From the NCBI RefSeq assembly GCF_009914755.1, contig NC_060943.1: a stretch of 64,000 nt of DNA; one strand, given 5' to 3'. Made by a program: the position numbers and the translations under genes. This document shows positions 16,733 through 43,646 of this stretch, piece after piece. Within the stretch, counting starts at the first letter, position 1. Each line of letters begins with the position of its first letter. The DNA is from the human T2T-CHM13v2.0 reference genome, Homo sapiens. Under the pieces are notes generated by a model, which did no database searches, had not been told where the DNA came from, and saw nothing but the letters and a program-made list of their open reading frames with translations.

Positions 16733-17566
16733 TTACCCCAAATGGTAGAATAAAAAGCCCATTAGTTTACATGGCTAGGGCATGGTGAATATCTGTATTA
16801 CAAAAACAGCAAGTATGTTAGCATTGAAATGCTATTCTTCAGCAACCTAAATCTTCTATTAAGTTTCAAGGTGAGAAGAGGTAACTGAATTTAATTTGAA
16901 ACCAAGCATAATTAGTGACCCCAACTCAAGTGAATAAGAGGAGTTGCAAATGTCTAACAATGAATAGGTTCATTTTTTTTTTTTTTTTGAGACACAGTCT
17001 TGCTCTGTCACCCAGGCTGGAGTGCGGTGGCATGATCATGGCTCACTGTAACCTCCGCCTCTCAGGTTCAAGTGATTCTCATGCCTCAGCCTCCTGAGTA
17101 GTTGGGATTAGAGGCATGCGCCACCACACGCAGCTAATTTTCTGTATATATACATATATATATTTTTTTAAGTAGCCAGGGCTTCTCTATGTTGGCCAGG
17201 CTGGTCTTGAACTCCTGACCTCAAGTGACCTGCCCATCTCAGCCTTACAAAGTGCTGGGATTACAGGTGTGAGCCACCACACCTGGCCCATAGGCTCATT
17301 AAGTATTATTCTATTAACTTTCTGGCTTATGTTCTAAAAGGCACTTTCGAAAAAAAGATCCAGAAATTCCAAAGTAGACTTTTAGGAAATGGTTAGAAAA
17401 GAGCTCCTAGAACTTTGAATCTTAGGGTTATCAATATGACCATCAACCATATTTCAATTATAGACTTTAGAAATGTTGGTTAACATTGGTTAACAGCAAC
17501 AACACTTATTATAATCTGATATCCAGTAATTTCAATTACCCTTTTCCATTTTATAGACACTATTAG

Positions 17567-17830
<264 letters not shown>

Positions 17831-17929
17831 TGAACTTCTGACCTCAAATGATCGCCTGCCTCAGCCTCCCAAAGTGCTGGGATTACAGGAGTGAGCCACT
17901 GTACCCAGACCATTTGTCTTTTTTAACTA

Positions 17930-18674
<745 letters not shown>

Positions 18675-18707
18675 TAACCTCTTTTTCTCCCACAGTTTTG
18701 GCTTATG

Positions 18708-18721
18708 TCTCTGTCTCTCTG

Positions 18722-18777
<56 letters not shown>

Positions 18778-18782
18778 TGTAT
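18708..18782. repeat. (TC)n(TG)n microsatellite
   Basis: Directly visible. Confidence 0.9.
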
Positions 18783-19189
18783 ACCCTATTCCTTCCAAAA
18801 AATCTAAGATAGCTCTATTTTTTACATGGTTATAAATGCCAGATTTATTTAAAAAAAACCTGCTAAAACAACTTTTCCATAATAATGTAATTATAAATAC
18901 ATGTTTTTAAGACAAAAGAAACAAAGAACAAAGGGGCACTTATTTTGCTGAACACCAGCTTGGGTGTTACCGAATTTGCATAGAGAGTAACTTGGGATAG
19001 GGGCTGCATCCTTTACCAGCGCAGCAGGAATACACAACAATATATGATTTTAAGGTTTGTCAACTGTAACTGTAAAACATACAAAATCCAAGATTCATTT
19101 ATTTCACTGAAAACTTATTTAACTATTATTTTATTGGATAAATTGTTGAACTGGATTAACGATAAAAGGTTAAAGAAGAATGTTGAAAA

Positions 19190-21150
<1,961 letters not shown>

Positions 21151-21159
21151 ATCATGTAA

Positions 21160-23640
<2,481 letters not shown>

Positions 23641-23786
23641 CTCAAACTCCTGGGCCCAAGAGATCCTCCCGCCCTGGCCTCCCAAAGTGCTGGGATCACA
23701 GGCTTGAGTCACTGCGCCTGGCCTCACCCAGGACTTTCTTAAAACCCTCCCAGATGAAATGAAACACTTTTATTCCCTGTGGCTTA

Positions 23787-23936
<150 letters not shown>

Positions 23937-24302
23937 TTAGCCCCGCACGATGGCGCGTGACTATAGTCCCAGCCACTGGGGAGACTGAGGCAGGAGAATC
24001 GCTTGAGCCTGGAGTTCAAGGCTGCAAGTGAGCCATGATTGAGCCACTTCACTCCAGCCTGAGACAAGATGAGATCATATCTTAAACTAAAAGAAGAGAA
24101 TAAAGATCACACATTTTAGTCTAACATTCTGAGGACAGTCCATAAATGCTTTCCCTCCAAACATGTCTGTGGTTTCTCTATTTTTTTTTTTTTTTGACGG
24201 ATTCTCACTTTGTCGCCCAGGCTGGAGTGCAATGGCGTGATATTGGCTTACTGCAACCTCCACCTCCTGGGTTCAAGCCATTCTCCTGCCTCATCCTCCT
24301 GA

Positions 24303-24895
<593 letters not shown>

Positions 24896-25949
24896 TGTTT
24901 TGATAGCCCCCTAGATGTAAGTAAAGAAGGTATAAAAAGTTTAAAAAGAAGTCATTAATGGTGAAGGCAGGGGGAGAAATGACCATTTTAAAATAACAAA
25001 GATGCCACCAAATCTTTTTTCAGTGGAAATTGGAGAAAGACCTTTGTGGCTCAGAATGAACTGGCTGGGGAGGGAAAGCCTTTATGGCAGCTTTGGCTGA
25101 ACAGCTTTGGGCTCAGAGTCGATAGATGGGTCAAGGGTAGAGGAATGAGAAGGATGGAGCCGGGAGTGTGACCCTAATGGGCTGTCCCGCGGAAGGGGCG
25201 GTGTTTGGAGAGAGAATTTATAACATGGAAGAGGGGCAGGAATTCATCAGAGCTCGAATATGTGGAATTCCATGAAGACCTAGTGAAAAATAGACAAAAT
25301 GAGGAGTAGGAAACTGAGTGTTTTTGTTTTGGCTACAGAAGCTGAGGACACCTTGGAGCTTTGGAGGGCACTTCGGAGGGCAAGGGAGCAGAAGTGCCCT
25401 CCGACAGCCTCCACTAGGGAGCCCCTTCCCATGTTGGCATCATAATAGAGATAGGCCACATGCAGAATACTCACTGATTTATCAGCAAAGCAGCTGCTGA
25501 ACCAGCGCTCACACCGGGGGAATGTCTGGGGAGGAGTTTGGGAAAGGGTTATGCCTCAGGCAAAGGTGAGGTCATGAGGACAAGATTTTTGTGTAGGGAT
25601 AAAAGGGCTCATTGAACTTGTGTGGGGCAAGCCTCGAGGTGTGGTGTGTATGTGTTCTTTCACCTACCCTGGTTGAAAAGAAGGCAAATAATGGGTATTT
25701 TGTCTTGCTTTCTCTGCCCATTGGCAACCCTGCATGGAAGGAACAATGATGCGGGAAATGGCACAAGCTCATGTTCCTGGTGAGCTGTCAGTTGGCTTTG
25801 GATTGGACTGGCGGTCACATGTGGAAGCAGAGATGGCTCTCTTTGCTTTTACTATTTTCTAGAAAGATTGGGCTTACTCAAGATGAAGGTGGGAGAAAAA
25901 CAAGGTGTCAACCCACTTCTCTAAGGAAATTTAGCAAACTCTTTTGGGG

Positions 25950-26700
25950 ACAGCTAAAGATTTAAGGGGACAGGTTGTATCTACAAAGGGAAGCCTTTAT
26001 CCTGGCTTGTGGGAGACCTGTATCCTAAAGTAAAGCTGACCATTGCATGCACCTTATCTATATACACAGAGGCCTGCTCAGCAGCCAGGGAGATGCCTGC
26101 ACAGGGAACCACCAGGGCAGAAAATCCCTCAACTGACACAGTACACACCAAGTACCAGTAGTTCCTCTTCCTAAAATCAGAACAGATGACTAGATGTGAA
26201 CAAGCAACAAGGGTTATTAGGCATGATGAAAGAAATTGCAACATGAAAGAGAGATCCAGATAAGCAGAGAAGCTCAAGGGAAACTGAGATAACAGAGGAC
26301 TAAGGAAGTTTTAAAAGAACAAAATGCCATGAGAAAAGAAAGTACAGTCACTAAATAAGAGCCAGACTAAACATGATTACCAGAATTTAAAAAATATCAC
26401 AAGGGCTGAAAGATATATTTGAGGAATCTCTCAGAACTAAGGAAACAAACGATTGGGAAATGGAGAGAAAAGGTACTAGAAGTGGAGGACCCATCCAGGA
26501 GGTCCAGCCTTAGGTCATCAGGAACCTCAGAAGGATACGAGAGACACCAGAAAGGAAGAAGTGAATAGCTGAAGGGCATCTGCAGACCTCTGAAGACCTT
26601 GGTGGATTCACTGCAGAGGTACCCACTGCAGCGAATGAAAAAAAGACCCCCACACCTACACATATTCTAATGAAATACCAGTCAACCTAGATTGATGAGA
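25950..26700 (+). mobile_element. HAL1/old L1 ORF1-like fragment
   Basis: Motifs such as GGAGGACCCATCCAGGAGGTCC and GAATGAAAAAAAGACCCCCACACCTACACATATT. Confidence 0.55.
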
Positions 26701-26783
26701 TAGGCCAGATGCAGTGGCTCATGCCTGTAATCCCAGCACTTTGGGAGGCTGAGGCAGGCAGAATGCTTGAGGCCAGGAGTTCA

Positions 26784-26987
<204 letters not shown>

Positions 26988-26989
26988 TC

Positions 26990-27027
<38 letters not shown>

Positions 27028-27057
27028 GGAGGGAGGGAGGGAGAGAGAGAGAGAGAG

Positions 27058-27963
27058 AAATGGTACACCTGTACAGGGCACTTAACCATGAATAGAGCTT
27101 GCAGGACTGGAAAGAAATTGCTCTGGGTGAGTCAGTGAGTGGTGGGTGCATGTGAGGGCCTAGGACATTACTGTACACTCTCGTAGACTAAATACTGTAC
27201 AATTAGGCTACATTTAAATTATTTTTAAAATTGTTCTTTCTTCAATAATAGATTAATTTTAGTATACTGTAACTTTTTACTTTATAAACTTTTTAATTTT
27301 TTAACTTTTTGACTTTTTTATAACACAGCTTAAAACACACATTGTACAAATATTTTCTAATTTTATATTCTTACTCTCAAGCTTTTTTCTATTAAATTTT
27401 TTTTAAACTTTCTACACATTTTTTAAAAAAATGAAGAACAAATGCCACAGGAGCCTAGGCCTGCAGAGGTACAGGATCATCAATGTCACTGTCCTCCACC
27501 TCCATGTCTCATCCCACTGGAAACTCTTCAGGGTCAGTAACGTACATGGAGCTGTCACCTCCTGTGATAACAATGCCTGCTTCTGGACACGTCCTGAAGG
27601 ACCCGCCTGAGCCTGTTTTACAGTTAACTTTATTTTGTTATAAGTAGAAGGAGTACACTCTAAAATAACAATAAAAAGTAGGGTAAATACATAAACCAGT
27701 AACACAGTCATTTACTATCATTATCAAGTATTATGTACTGTCCATAACTGCATGTGCTAGGCTTTCACAGGACTGGCAGTGCCGTAGGTTTGTTTACACC
27801 AGCATCACCACAAACACGAGAGTAATGCATTGCTCTACGATGTTACAATGGCTGTGACATCACTAAGTGATAGGAATTTTTTGGCCCCATTATAATTGTA
27901 TGGGACCACTGTCGTATATATGGTCCATTGTTGACTGAAGCATTGTTATGTGGTACATGGCTG
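27058..27963 (+). mobile_element. Tigger3 (MER7B/Golem-like) right part
   Basis: Starts AAATGGTACACCTGTACAGGGCACTT, the consensus continuation of the left part, and ends GTTATGTGGTACATGGCTG-TA (right terminal repeat). Confidence 0.85.
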
Positions 27964-28720
27964 TATGTTTTTGTAGTTATGACACAGCCACAAAAACACA
28001 TTGGTCGCAGGAGCAGATGTTTGAGAAAAATAAAATTATAAAGATGAACATGATTTCAAAAATGTTTCCTTCCTCTACTACAACAAAAAAGCACATGTCT
28101 GGCCACACATGGTGGCTCACACCTGGAATCTCAGCACTTGGAAGGCCAAGGTGAGTGGACTGCTTGAGCCCAGCTCAAGATCAGCCTGGGCAACATGGTG
28201 AAATCCTGTCTCTAATAAAAATACAAAAAATAGCCAGGCGCTATGGCACGTGCCTGTGGTCCCAGCTACTCAGGAGGCTGAAGCGGAGGATAGCTTGAGC
28301 CTAGGAGGTGGAGGTTGCAGTGAGCCAAGATCGTACCACTGCACTTCAGCCTGGGTGACAGAGGGAGATCTCATCTCAAAAAAGAAAAAGAAAAGCACGA
28401 GTCTGGCTTAGTCAGCATGTAATAGCAGAGTCAAAACCAGGCTCCAGTAATTGGAATCACTAGCATTTACTTAAGCACCAAGCTTCACATGCACTAGCTC
28501 ATTTGTTGCCCCACACCAACGCTATGGAGGGAGAAGGAGGAGTTGGAGAGAAACAGAAGTCAATAGGTATTCAGTCAACCATTTTGAGCTGAAAGGCTCA
28601 CCGTTTAAAACATTATTTCCCCCTTATTACAAAAGTGAATAGGACACTTGGAAATATAAAAACATACAAAAGGCCAGGCTGGTGGCTCACACCTGTAATC
28701 CCAGCACTATGGGAGGCCTA

Positions 28721-29356
<636 letters not shown>

Positions 29357-29453
29357 CTTACAATCTCATCTGCCAAAGATATGTTCTATTAATATTTTCC
29401 CATTCTGCCTTTTTTCTATGTACTTACAGTACATATGTAATTTTATATAGCTA

Positions 29454-29792
<339 letters not shown>

Positions 29793-30227
29793 ATAGAATA
29801 TATAAATATATAATAATAAAAAATATAAATATATAAAATATTCATATATAATTATACAAAATATTATATAATTATACATATATTAGTTACACATATTAAT
29901 TATGTATGTTTCCTATACATAATTATCATATATACCATATGTATATATACCATATCTCTCTCTCTTACATACACACACATACAAGATTCTTTTTGACATG
30001 AGAAAATAGCCACCATATATATATATATATTTTTTGTTGTTGTTGTTGTTGTTGTTGTTTCACAATGTTGCCCAGGCTGATCTCAAACTCCTAGGCTCAA
30101 GCAATCCTCCTACCCGGACTATTACCAATTGGCCAATTACCAATTACATACATACCATACATAGGTATATATATACACGCACATACACATGTAATTATAC
30201 AAACACATACATTTATACATACATACT

Positions 30228-30675
<448 letters not shown>

Positions 30676-31894
30676 TAAAATTGTAATCATTTTCTATGTG
30701 CTGTTTTAAAACCTAAACTCATTACTTAAAATATATTGTGGCCAGGCAGGCACGCCCCTGTAGTCCCAGCTACTTGTGGGGCTGAGGTAGTAGGAGAACT
30801 GCTTGAGTCCAGGAGTTTGAGACCAGACCAGCCTGAGCAACATTGTAAAAAAACAGACATATGGTGGCTATTTTCCTATGTCAAAAAGGATCTTGTGTCA
30901 CATCATATTTAATGACTGCATTTCCTTCCATTTCAAGGATATATCCTTTCATTTAACTAATTCCTTATTACTGGATATCTAGGTTTCCAGTTTTACTATT
31001 TTATTTATTTATCATTTTTTGAGATAGGAGACAGGGTCTTACTCTGTTGCCCAGGCTGGAGTACAGTGGCGTGATCTCAGCTCACTGCAGCCTCGATCTC
31101 CCATGTAGCTGGGACCACAGGCGCATACCACCACGCCTGGCTAGTTTTTGTATTATTATTATTTTTTTTGGTAGACATGCAGTTTCGCCATGTTGCCCAG
31201 GCTGGTCTCAAATTTCCAGGTTCAAGTGACCTGCCTGCCTTGGCCTCTCAAAGTGTTGGGATCACAGGCATGAGGCACTACCCCCAGCCCAGTTCCACTA
31301 TTTTAAATTGCCTTTGGTTCTAAAACTAACACAGGCCAAAACAGTATGAAAAAAAAATCACAAACACCCAAAGTGCAGACTGCAGCCCTCAAGGAGAGCC
31401 AGGCTCTACTTTAATTTACCATTTATTACCAAAGTTATTAAAAGAAAAAAAAAGTCAGGCTGGGCGTGATGGCTTACACCTGTAATTCCAGCACTTTGGG
31501 AGGTCAAGGCAGGCAGATCACTTGTGGTCAGGAGTTTGAGACCAGCCTGGTCAACATGGTGAAACCCCATCTCTACCAAAAATACAAAAATTAGGCAGGT
31601 GTGGTGAGCCGCCCCTGTAATCCCAGATACTCAGGAGGCTGAGGCAGGAGAACCACTTGAACCCAGGAGGTGGAGGTTACAGGTGCCGAGACTGCACCAC
31701 TGCATTCTAGCCTGCGCAACAGAGTGAGAGTCCGTCCCAAAAAAAAAAAGTCCCAGTCTCACTTTCAGACACCTGTGCCACTATGCTGTGCATGACCATA
31801 GGTGAAGAAACCCAGAAAGAACTGAGCAACCTCTCTCCATTCTGCCTATAACCACAGGCAGAGTGACTCATTATACTCAAAAAGTCATTAAATC

Positions 31895-32040
31895 AGCTGG
31901 GCGCAGTGGCTCATGCCTGTAATCCCAAAACTTTGAGAGGCTGGGATGGGCAGATCACTTGAGCCCAGGAGTTTGGGACCAGCCTGAGCAACATAGCAAG
32001 ACCCTGTCTCGAAAAAAGAAAAAAAAAAAAAAAGAAAAAA
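31895..32040 (+). mobile_element. FLAM (Alu left monomer) next to the exon 14 donor
   Basis: Monomer with a poly-A tail and TSD CATTAAATC (31886-94 and 32041-49). Confidence 0.85.
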
Positions 32041-32053
32041 CATTAAATCCTTA

Positions 32054-32242
<189 letters not shown>

Positions 32243-32731
32243 TCAAAAGAGGAGGATAAAAACTTGGCACAGAAGACCTCACAAAACACAATTATTGGCT
32301 ATTAGGAAATACTAATGAGAGTCAGCTGATAAAAATGACCTTTTAAAGATCTTTTGAGCCGGACGTGGTGGCTCACACCTGTAATCCCAGCACTTTGGGA
32401 GGCTGAGGCGGGTGGATCACGAGGTCAGGAGTTCAAGACCAGCCTGGCCAAGTTGGTGAAACCCTGTCTCTACTAAAAATACAAAAATTAGCCAGGCGTG
32501 GTGGCAGGCGCCTGTAATCCCAGCTACTCAGGAGGCTGAGGCAGAGAATCACTTGAACCCAGGAGGCGAGAAGGCTCAGTGAGCTGAGATCACGCCACTG
32601 CACTTCAGCCTGGGCAACAGAGTGAGACTCTCTCAGAAAAAAAAAAAAAAAAAGATATTTTGGAGTGTTATAAATTAACACCAAAGGCTTTGTCCTTAGA
32701 AGTTACTGTCCATACTAGGCACAGTGACTCA

Positions 32732-33046
<315 letters not shown>

Positions 33047-33383
33047 TCACTAAATATATACTTTTTAAAATAAAATCCACTATAATATTTTACCAAACAT
33101 GATTCCAGTCTTCAAGGAACTGACTTTCCTAAGAGTAAAGCCTTAAATCACACCCAGGTGTGTAAGTATATGTCATAACGTTGTCCCTAAAGCTGCAAAA
33201 TTTTCAAGATTTTTAAGGACATCAAACATGGCCAAACTAAGAACTGGATTTATTATTCTCCTTCCCTTTCGTCATTAAACTTTTATTTTATGTCTTGTAT
33301 CTAAAGTAAGTCATAAATATTTTCATCCTGTGTTACATGGTTGCATGTAATAATTCCCAAGCGTCTGCCGACACTAGCACTTA

Positions 33384-33671
<288 letters not shown>

Positions 33672-34820
33672 CTAGATCATGCCACTGCACTCCAGTCTGG
33701 GCGACAGAGTGAGACTGTCTCAAAAAAAATAAAAAGAAAATATCTAATTGGTCAAAGTGAATGGCTGTTTCTGGGCAATGGGAAAATAGCACAGGCAACT
33801 CACTGAATCATAGAGGTCAAAAGGTTTTCCCTGCCCCATGTGACCAGAAATCCTCTTTCTGTTCAGATCTGGTATATTCAAGAAAATTAAGCTCAGTAAA
33901 TAGGAAACTAATGTCATCCCTAACCCTGAAAACAAAGATAAGAGGCTCCACAACTCTGTTTCCCCTCTCCTCTTAACAATGCCGGAGTAAAGGCAAATAC
34001 TCCTGGGCCATGCAGGTCTCAGGAGAAATCACATGGAGGAAACTCCTGTGTGCATCTCTGGGAGATGCTCTCATCTTTAAACACGACCTGGTTCTCAGAA
34101 ACAGGAAGTGCTAGCCCTGCAACTGCAGCAACAGCAGGGGCTGTTCATGGACCTGCCATGCTGTGGAAGGGGCTGCCATTCCAAAAGCAGCTGGAGAGGG
34201 AAAACCTCCATCTGCTTCTTAGGGTGCCACAGCCTCATGCAAGATGGCTTGTGTTTCAGCTTCCCAGCCTATGCCATTCTTCACTAAGAAAGAAAAATCA
34301 GTAAAGCAAAGGGAAAAAATGCCACTATCTTTTGTACTCATGAATTACGGTTTTAAAGCAGAAGCGATGACTCTTAACCTGGCCCCCTTACAGTTGTGCA
34401 CTGTCACAGACTATGAGGCTCCTAGGGGTTGGGGGAATGCATGGGAAGAGATGGGAAGAGGGACACTCTCGGAAGGTGTTTGATGGAAATCTAACCTGCA
34501 GTGATGTCGCCTCCCAGGCCCGCAGCTCTGAAGGAAGGAAGGACACAGGGGAACTGTTTAGAAAGTGAATGGTTCTGCTTACGCATCCAACAAACATCTG
34601 GGAAGAGACCCTGTGTTATTTCAGATGTTTACCTCACGTGATCATTCCCATTTCTAAGGTACTATTTTACCCCAAAACCAGTTCTGCTGAGTCTAGCACT
34701 ATTACCTACGAGTGATTTACAAACCCATGGGATGATGAGAGACACTGTGGAGTCTGAAAAAGCAATCTATGCATTGAGGGTAGTGACGTGGAAAGGTTAT
34801 AAACAGCCACATTCCAGTCA

Positions 34821-35066
<246 letters not shown>

Positions 35067-35458
35067 TTACAAGATGAAATACTGTGATTCAGGTGCTGAA
35101 TGGTTACAGAAACACTCTGGAATCTAAAAGGAAGCAATGGCTGCATTACAGGTAATGAATATCAAGTCATGTCTTCATGTTAAACATATTAACACAGCAG
35201 CAAATCCTGCCATTTGCAGTCAGGCGAGGAAGGACAGCCGTGAAGTCTGAATTACGGACTGCTTCAGAAAACGCTTTCAGATGTAAAATTTCAAACATGT
35301 ACAGAAGTAAAGAGGATAGAGTAGGAGACTCCTATGTGCACAATACCCAGCTTGAACAGTCACTAAATGGCTGATGAGGTTTCATCTGTATAAACCTCTA
35401 GTCCTGCTGCCCACTATATTATTCTGAAGCCCATATGGAACATGTTTAAAGAATTTAG

Positions 35459-35899
<441 letters not shown>

Positions 35900-36532
35900 G
35901 AAATGGTTTCTTAAAACTGTATGAATCTGCCCCAGCTTTCCTCTCAGCACAAACAAATCCTCTCCTTCCAGTGCAATGTAAAACCCAGCCCAGCTCAGCC
36001 CTCAAGATCGCAAATTCTGATTAGAATGAGCTGAAGGGACCTTAGAAATCATCTAGTGAAATGCTGACCACCCAAAGTACACTGGGCGTTAAGTTTACTT
36101 ACTAAAGCAGTAAATAATCTCGATTTTCCACTTGAAACCCTACAGGTGAGGAGGAGGAAGGAGAGAGACAAGATGAAAGGAGTCAGGCTGTAACAACGGT
36201 GTGGCCCCAACAGTGGTGTGCACTGGCTCCTGGGCACTGTGGGGGTGCCTCTTGCCTGCTACCAGCACCCAGGGAGTGGGCTGCCATGCTGTTGGGAGGG
36301 GGCTCGCCCAAAACTGGTCTGTGCTAGCCTCCTCATTCCCGCCACAAACTGGGCAGCTCCATGATGGTCTGTTTTATGTTTTAGACTTATTTATTTAGAG
36401 ATAGGGTCTCACTCTGTTGCCCAGGCTGGAGTGCAGTGGTGAAATCTTGGCCCACTGCAACTTCCACCTCAGCTTCCTGAGTATCTGGGATTAGAGGCAT
36501 GCATCACCACACCAAGCTAATTTTTGTATTAG

Positions 36533-36763
<231 letters not shown>

Positions 36764-37325
36764 TAGAAACAGGGTCTTGTTCTGTCACCCAGGCAGGACA
36801 GGAGTACAGTGGCGCCATCAGAGCTCACTGTAGCCTTGAATTCCTGGGCTTAACCGATCCTCCTGCCTCAGCCTTCTGAATAGCTAGGACTACAGGTGCA
36901 TGCCATCACGCCCAGCTAATTTTTAATTGTTTTGTTTTTGTTTTTGTGTTTTTGAGACAAGGTCTTGTTCTGTCACCTAGGCACAGTGGTGTGATCATAG
37001 CTCACTGCAGCCCCGAACTCTTGGCCTCAAGTGCTCCTCCCACCTCGGCCTCCCAAAGCATTAGGATTACAGGGGTGAACCACTAAGCCTGAGCCATTTC
37101 TTTTTAAAATGAAAGGGATCAATCCCCCATTCCTAAAAAAGAGTTCAAAATCTCAGATTTGGTTTAACACTCCCTCTTATTTTGTTTTATTTATTTATTT
37201 ATTTATTTTATTATTTGAGACATGGTCTCGCTCTGTTGCCCAGGCTGGAGTGCAGTGGCACGATCTAGGCTCACTGCAGCCTCCACCTCCTGGGTTCAAG
37301 TGATTCTCCTGCCTCAGGCTCCTGA

Positions 37326-37787
<462 letters not shown>

Positions 37788-37830
37788 TTAGCCAGGCGTG
37801 GTGGTGGGCGCCTGTAATCCCAGCTACTCA

Positions 37831-38118
<288 letters not shown>

Positions 38119-39104
38119 TCAAAGTAAGAGGCTGGCGGCCAGGGAGGCCCTGAGCAAGCCTGACACTCTCCCCATGCTGGCGTGGGCCATCACACTGGAG
38201 CAAAGGGCAGATTTCAAATCCCAACAAATGCAGGATTGGGGAACACTGCGGGGCTGTGGATTTGAAAGCAGGGCCTGCCTTTCTTTCCTTTCTTTCACTG
38301 GTTTTATTTTAAGGAAACGCAGACAAGTTGGATTTGTGGCTGTATACAATGCTAGGGAAGGAATCTGGGGTTCCAGAATCTGCCAAGGTCTCTTGAGCCC
38401 CAGCCTGGCTAAGCTGCTTTCCAGTCCACTGTTCAAGGAGGGTGCGAGGGGAGACACACTAGGAACCCTGAAGGAAGAAAATCCAAGCTCAGCCAGGGAG
38501 GTCACAGAGCACCAAGACCCAGGAGCTGCCTGAGCCAGTCCCACCTGACGCATCGGTGACCACAAAATCAGGGAGAGCCAATGGTAAGAATGCTGTTGAC
38601 TCAATTCCAGATTTCTAAACATCACATATAGAAAATACTTCATTTTTTCCAGTGATGTTAAGACATTTGAAAACACTAAATATAACATAGCTATTCAAAG
38701 TGAGTAATTTTTGTTTTCTTAGTCCTGCCTGGATATTGCTTTTAGGCTTTTCAAGACATGTACTTTCTCTAATTCAGTTAACAGGCATTTGCTGTTGCTG
38801 TGCTAGATGCGGGGCCACACACAAAAATGAGCAGGACATTGGTTCCTGCCCCTGAGGAGTTCACAAAGGAGAAGATGGAGGCAGATGTGGAGGCAGACAG
38901 GATAGGCAGGCGCAGTGTGGCAGGTACCGGGACAGGGCATGTGTTTAAGGCTACATCAGAACCGGAGACAAAGGGGCCGGGTGCAGTGGCTCCAGCCTGC
39001 AATCCCAGCACTTTGGGAGGCCAAGACGGGAGGATCACTGGAGCCCAAGAGTTCCAGACCAGCTTGGGTAACCCAGTGAGACTCTGTATCTACAAAAAAT
39101 TTTA

Positions 39105-39453
<349 letters not shown>

Positions 39454-40070
39454 TCAGGAGGCTGAGGCAGGAGAATCGCTTGAATCCAGGAAGCAGAGGT
39501 TGCAGTGAGCCGAGATCACACCGTTGCACTCCAGCCTGGCCAACACAGCAAGACTCTGTCTCAAAAAAAAAAAAGAAAAGAAACAGAGACAAGGGAGCAA
39601 TAATGGCCTCTCCTGAAGGCAGTGCTATAGACAAGTGCCATTACAGTAGGACCCTAGAGGATGAGGAGTGCAGAAGGGGCTTTCGGAGGAAGGACAGATT
39701 GGAAGTGGGGCAACCTCAGTTGTCAGGGAATCTGCCAGGGCAGGCGGATGGAAGCTGGTCGTGCAAGCCTCATGAGCTTTCTGTTTTGGGAGGCCATTTT
39801 GAGCTTTCTGTTCTGAAACCCTGGGAGCCATCGCTGGGGCCTAAGAAGGGACCAGACTCTCCAGGTCTGAGATGGAAAAATCACCCTAGAAAAATACCAA
39901 CTCAGAAAATAAAAAGCAGAAAGCAACTGTATTTCAGGTTTGAGAACCTACTTAGAATTTTAAAAGTCATCTTGAAAATGTAAGTTTAGAATAATTTATT
40001 AGGGTTTTATTGTACCTTATTAATTTCTTAGAAACTCTCCCGTAAAATATTTTAGTTAAGAATGTAATTA

Positions 40071-40277
<207 letters not shown>

Positions 40278-40662
40278 TTATAACACACACATACCCACGC
40301 ATCTATATTTCTCAGTTCTGGTGCTGCTGCTGTGGCTAAAATCAAATGGTAACAGCCATTTAGCAAGGTCTCACAACAGGCCAGCCTTCAACTCTCGGTA
40401 CCAGCACCAGTGGTGCCTGCTCTCAGGGAGCTTACGGTCTAGTGAGAAAGCACTAGGACCAAATGCAAGGCCAAGTACAAGAGGCAAAGAACCTGGGCTT
40501 TCGAGTATTAGATTCCTAATTTGCTAACATTGTTCTATAACTGCCGAATACTGATAGAAAAGGCAGAGATGCCCATCAACGCTGACATTTTTCCTTTGTT
40601 TGAAGATGCAGGAGAATAAATTGGAGGTTTTTAATATAAAAAATAAGACTTTTCATCCTTAA

Positions 40663-40869
<207 letters not shown>

Positions 40870-41417
40870 TAATTTTTGTATTTTGTGTATAGACGAGGTT
40901 TCGCCATGTTACTCAAGGCTGCTCTTGAACTCCTAGGCTCAAGGAATCTTCCTGCCTCAGACTCCCAAAATGCTGGGATTACAGTCATGAGTCACCACAT
41001 CCAGCCAAGGCTCTTAGTTTTGTCCATGACAACCATGAGAAAGTGTCTTACTAGCGTCATCAGTCTGCAGAGCTTCACTGGCCATTAGCCACAACACGAG
41101 GTCTGTCGCTGGGCCGGTTTTGATGCCTAACAGTCTATGTCTGTTTCAGCTCCCAACAGTCTGTGTGTGTGACACTTCAGCTGAGCCTCCTCCATCAGGG
41201 CTTTTCCAGCTTCCGTGTCCTGCGCTGTCCTTTGGTGAGAATCTGAGGTGCCAATATTTACTCTGGTGTGCCTGTAAAATATTCTACTCCCAGCTGTCAG
41301 GTGTTTATGCCTACACCCTTTTAACTTAAAGCAGCACTGCCAAGTAACTTCTCCTCTCATCTCTCCACCCAGACACACTCACTCACTGCTGGCAGTCCAT
41401 GTGACTCTTTTTTGGAA

Positions 41418-41644
41418 CAGGGGTCAGGCAAACTAAAGTGTGCAAACCAGCTGCCTGTTTTTATAAATAAAGTTTTATTTATTTATAAATAAAATAATGG
41501 GCCTCGCCCATTATTTACATGTTATCCTCATCTGCTTTCATGTTGCAACAGCAGGGCTGAGCAGGTGCAAACAGAAACTGCATGGCCTCCAAAGCCTAAA
41601 GTGCTTATTAACTGGCCCTTGACAGAAAGTCTGTGCTGACCCTG
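41418..41644 (+). mobile_element. MER58A-like hAT-Charlie remnant
   Basis: CAGGGGTCAGGCAAACT...GCTGACCCTG terminal inverted repeats and internal TGCCTGTTTTTATAAATAAAGTTTTATT. Confidence 0.75.
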
Positions 41645-41815
41645 ACTTAGAAGGAGCACCAAAAAAATAATATTATTAGCTATTAGGATTGTTATATATT
41701 CAATTAGTACAAGATTCATTCATGCTCTTAGAAAATTAAGCATCCAACACTCAGTCTAAATGAAAAGGATTAAAATTCCTTTCCATGGGACATGGACACG
41801 GGACAGCATCACTGA

Positions 41816-42364
<549 letters not shown>

Positions 42365-42866
42365 TAATTTTTGTATTTTTAGTAGAGACGGGGTTTCACC
42401 ATGTTGACCAGGCTGGTCTTGAACTCCTGACCTCATGTGATCCACCCACCTCGGCCTCCCAAAGTGCTGAGATTACAGGCGTGAGCCACCGTGCCCAGCC
42501 CAAATGTCCCTTCTAATGGTGGTATTTGCAGCTGCACAGTAACAGGAAAGAAGCACTTCCCCCCTGCTGTCTTCCCTGCACCCCAAGATCTCAGCCCATA
42601 TGGGCTGGCTGTCCAGAAAGCCATGGCTTCTCATGCAGCACTGCTCTGACCCTCCATACCTCTCCCCTCGCTCCCTATCCACCCCTCCTGCTCTGCCAAT
42701 CACTCCCTTACTTCCTCCCCTCTTCCTTCTTTCCCTGCCTCCCACCCTGCCACACTCCTTCCTTCCTCCTTTCTGTCCTCTAATAAACATTTGGTTATCT
42801 ATAATATGCTGGGTATACCTACATTCAAAATGTTTTTATAAAATTTGAAGCGGTCCTATATTTTTA

Positions 42867-43010
<144 letters not shown>

Positions 43011-43113
43011 TTAATATATTTCTTACATCTAAACACAACCAGAAAATTTTTAAATGGCAAGAAGTTATACTTTTTTGAAATGGTTTCTTTGGTTGCAGTT
43101 GTTATTGTTTTTT

Positions 43114-43608
<495 letters not shown>

Positions 43609-43646
43609 TGAAAATATGGGCCTGAAATTAAATAACTTTCACTTAC